A stretch of 54,408 nucleotides of DNA, the filler included, from Bipalium vagum (Eukaryota), in the NCBI GenBank assembly GCA_037834085.1. It is 3 parts of 3 records of this genome, joined end to end, with 100 filler letters (N's around TTAATTAATTAA, not from the genome) between each part and the next. Parts side by side here need not be neighbours in the genome. Positions count along the whole stretch, not along the records: positions 37,449 to 54,408 come from JBBMKC010084535.1; 2 more parts are not named here. One strand, written 5' to 3'. Under the pieces are notes generated by a model. The model worked only from the letters and a program-made list of their open reading frames with translations, was not told the origin of the DNA and did not search any database. The translations under genes were made by a program, and so were the position numbers. Positions within the stretch are counted from its first letter, which is position 1. Each line of letters begins with the position of its first letter. Positions 53,223-54,408 of this stretch are shown piece by piece.

Positions 53223-53849
53223 ACTAAGTAACAAATTACTTAGGAAAATGAATTTTACTCAATCTAAGTTAGAGACGTAAAAGTTTCAGAGAAATTAAGT
53301 TTTATAAGAAAAGTGAACAAATTAAAATGGTGAGATTGAAAAATTCCACTGACAGTTCAACAATCTTAGAACAATTTGTTGATATCCAATATGAAGAGAC
53401 ATCTAACAAGATTTCATGCAACAGAGATAAATCTCTTCAATTGAATAGGAAGTAATGTAACTACGATAAAATATTTTGACATAATTTTCTCTATCAGTAA
53501 GTTATACTTTTCATAAATTACCCACTACAAATATAAAGTGACTATTAGTTGTTTCATTAAATAAGTAATAATCCGTAAAGTCCTAAGTTTAATATGGTTT
53601 TTTTAATTTATCAAAATACATACTTGAAGGCCTCTTTCCTTCCATCAATCGATTCAAGTAAAATTTTTTCATTTTTTCGTTTTTCTGTTCAAATTAACTA
53701 TTCTCAATACAATTAGACGAATAATATTCTTTTCTGAGCTTTTCTCAAATATTTTTTTTTAAAATCGCAATAAATATAATTATAAAAAGGAATATATTTT
53801 GACTTAACTTTTGCATTTTCTGTCGATTTTCAATGACCAGATGAGATAT

Positions 53850-54060
53850 CCATCAAATATACACACCAATCAACACAGGATTTCGAAATCTATCCACAGA
53901 GTGGCTGGAAACAATTATGGAAACACAGAGTCTGGAATACAATGTAAACGGAAATTTCTATCCGTCATACAGGAAGATCAACCTACGACAACTCCAGCTA
54001 CCCAAGGTACCATAAGCCACCGAATCACTCGGGCTATCATGTGATATGCTAGCGTCTTGA
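53850..54060 (+). mobile_element. Possible RTE-X-like LINE C-terminal scrap
   Basis: GC-richer island; NGNFYPSYRKINLRQLQL..H.P..S.YHVI resembles LYGNLP.I..KI..RRL.LAGH..RH.E..A..V.LW. Confidence 0.35.
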
Positions 54061-54408
54061 TAGATCACAGAAACGTTGTTCCATAAAGTGCCAAAGTTTC
54101 CAGATATTCAGAAAATAAAGAACTTATAAATGGGGCAGTTAAATCAAATTTCAGCCAAAAAGTTTGGAAGCTTATAAATTTGCGCAAAATCAATTCATAA
54201 TAATTCTTACCACCACATAAATATTGCGTAGTGTAGATTGTAATGTCTCTTGAATAATATTTTAGTTGAATATTAATCGACACAAGCTTTGAGTTAATAA
54301 AATAAGTTTTATGTACAGGGTGACGCAAAAGTTAATAAATTTAAAAATTCATAAAAAATAAAATCAATATTTATTTATTTTGAAATAATTGTAGATATAA
54401 AAATGGAT

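Overview
AT-rich invertebrate (bilaterian-type) eukaryotic genomic DNA with spliceosomal introns. It consists of three assembly pieces (about 1-17895, 17996-37348, 37449-54408) joined by artificial 100-nt spacers (44N+TTAATTAATTAA+44N), so adjacency across them is unproven. Host genes: a complete 4-exon DDX6/Me31B/Dhh1 DEAD-box helicase (37935-39550, +); the first coding exon of a kisspeptin/galanin/allatostatin-A-type GPCR (21507-21953, -); the terminal exon of a protein ending in a SAM-like domain typical of invertebrate ARM-TIR-SAM proteins (33445-33938, -); the terminal exon of a probable Src-like tyrosine kinase (40166-40243, -); and two or three phase-compatible exons of an unidentified gene with a disordered N-terminus (9341-3896, -). 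The rest is a dense graveyard of decayed mobile elements: more than 10 mariner copies, rosa/DD41D, Tc1/IS630-like (one with a spliceosomal intron), pogo, hAT, Chapaev-3-like, Merlin, RLE- and RTE-type LINE scraps, MITEs and two long-inverted-repeat elements. One of the latter encloses a Polinton/adintovirus pX-like gene remnant. I found no CRISPR array or prokaryotic operon, and no clearly new multi-gene system is demonstrable. All family assignments come from motif recognition by eye, not database searches.
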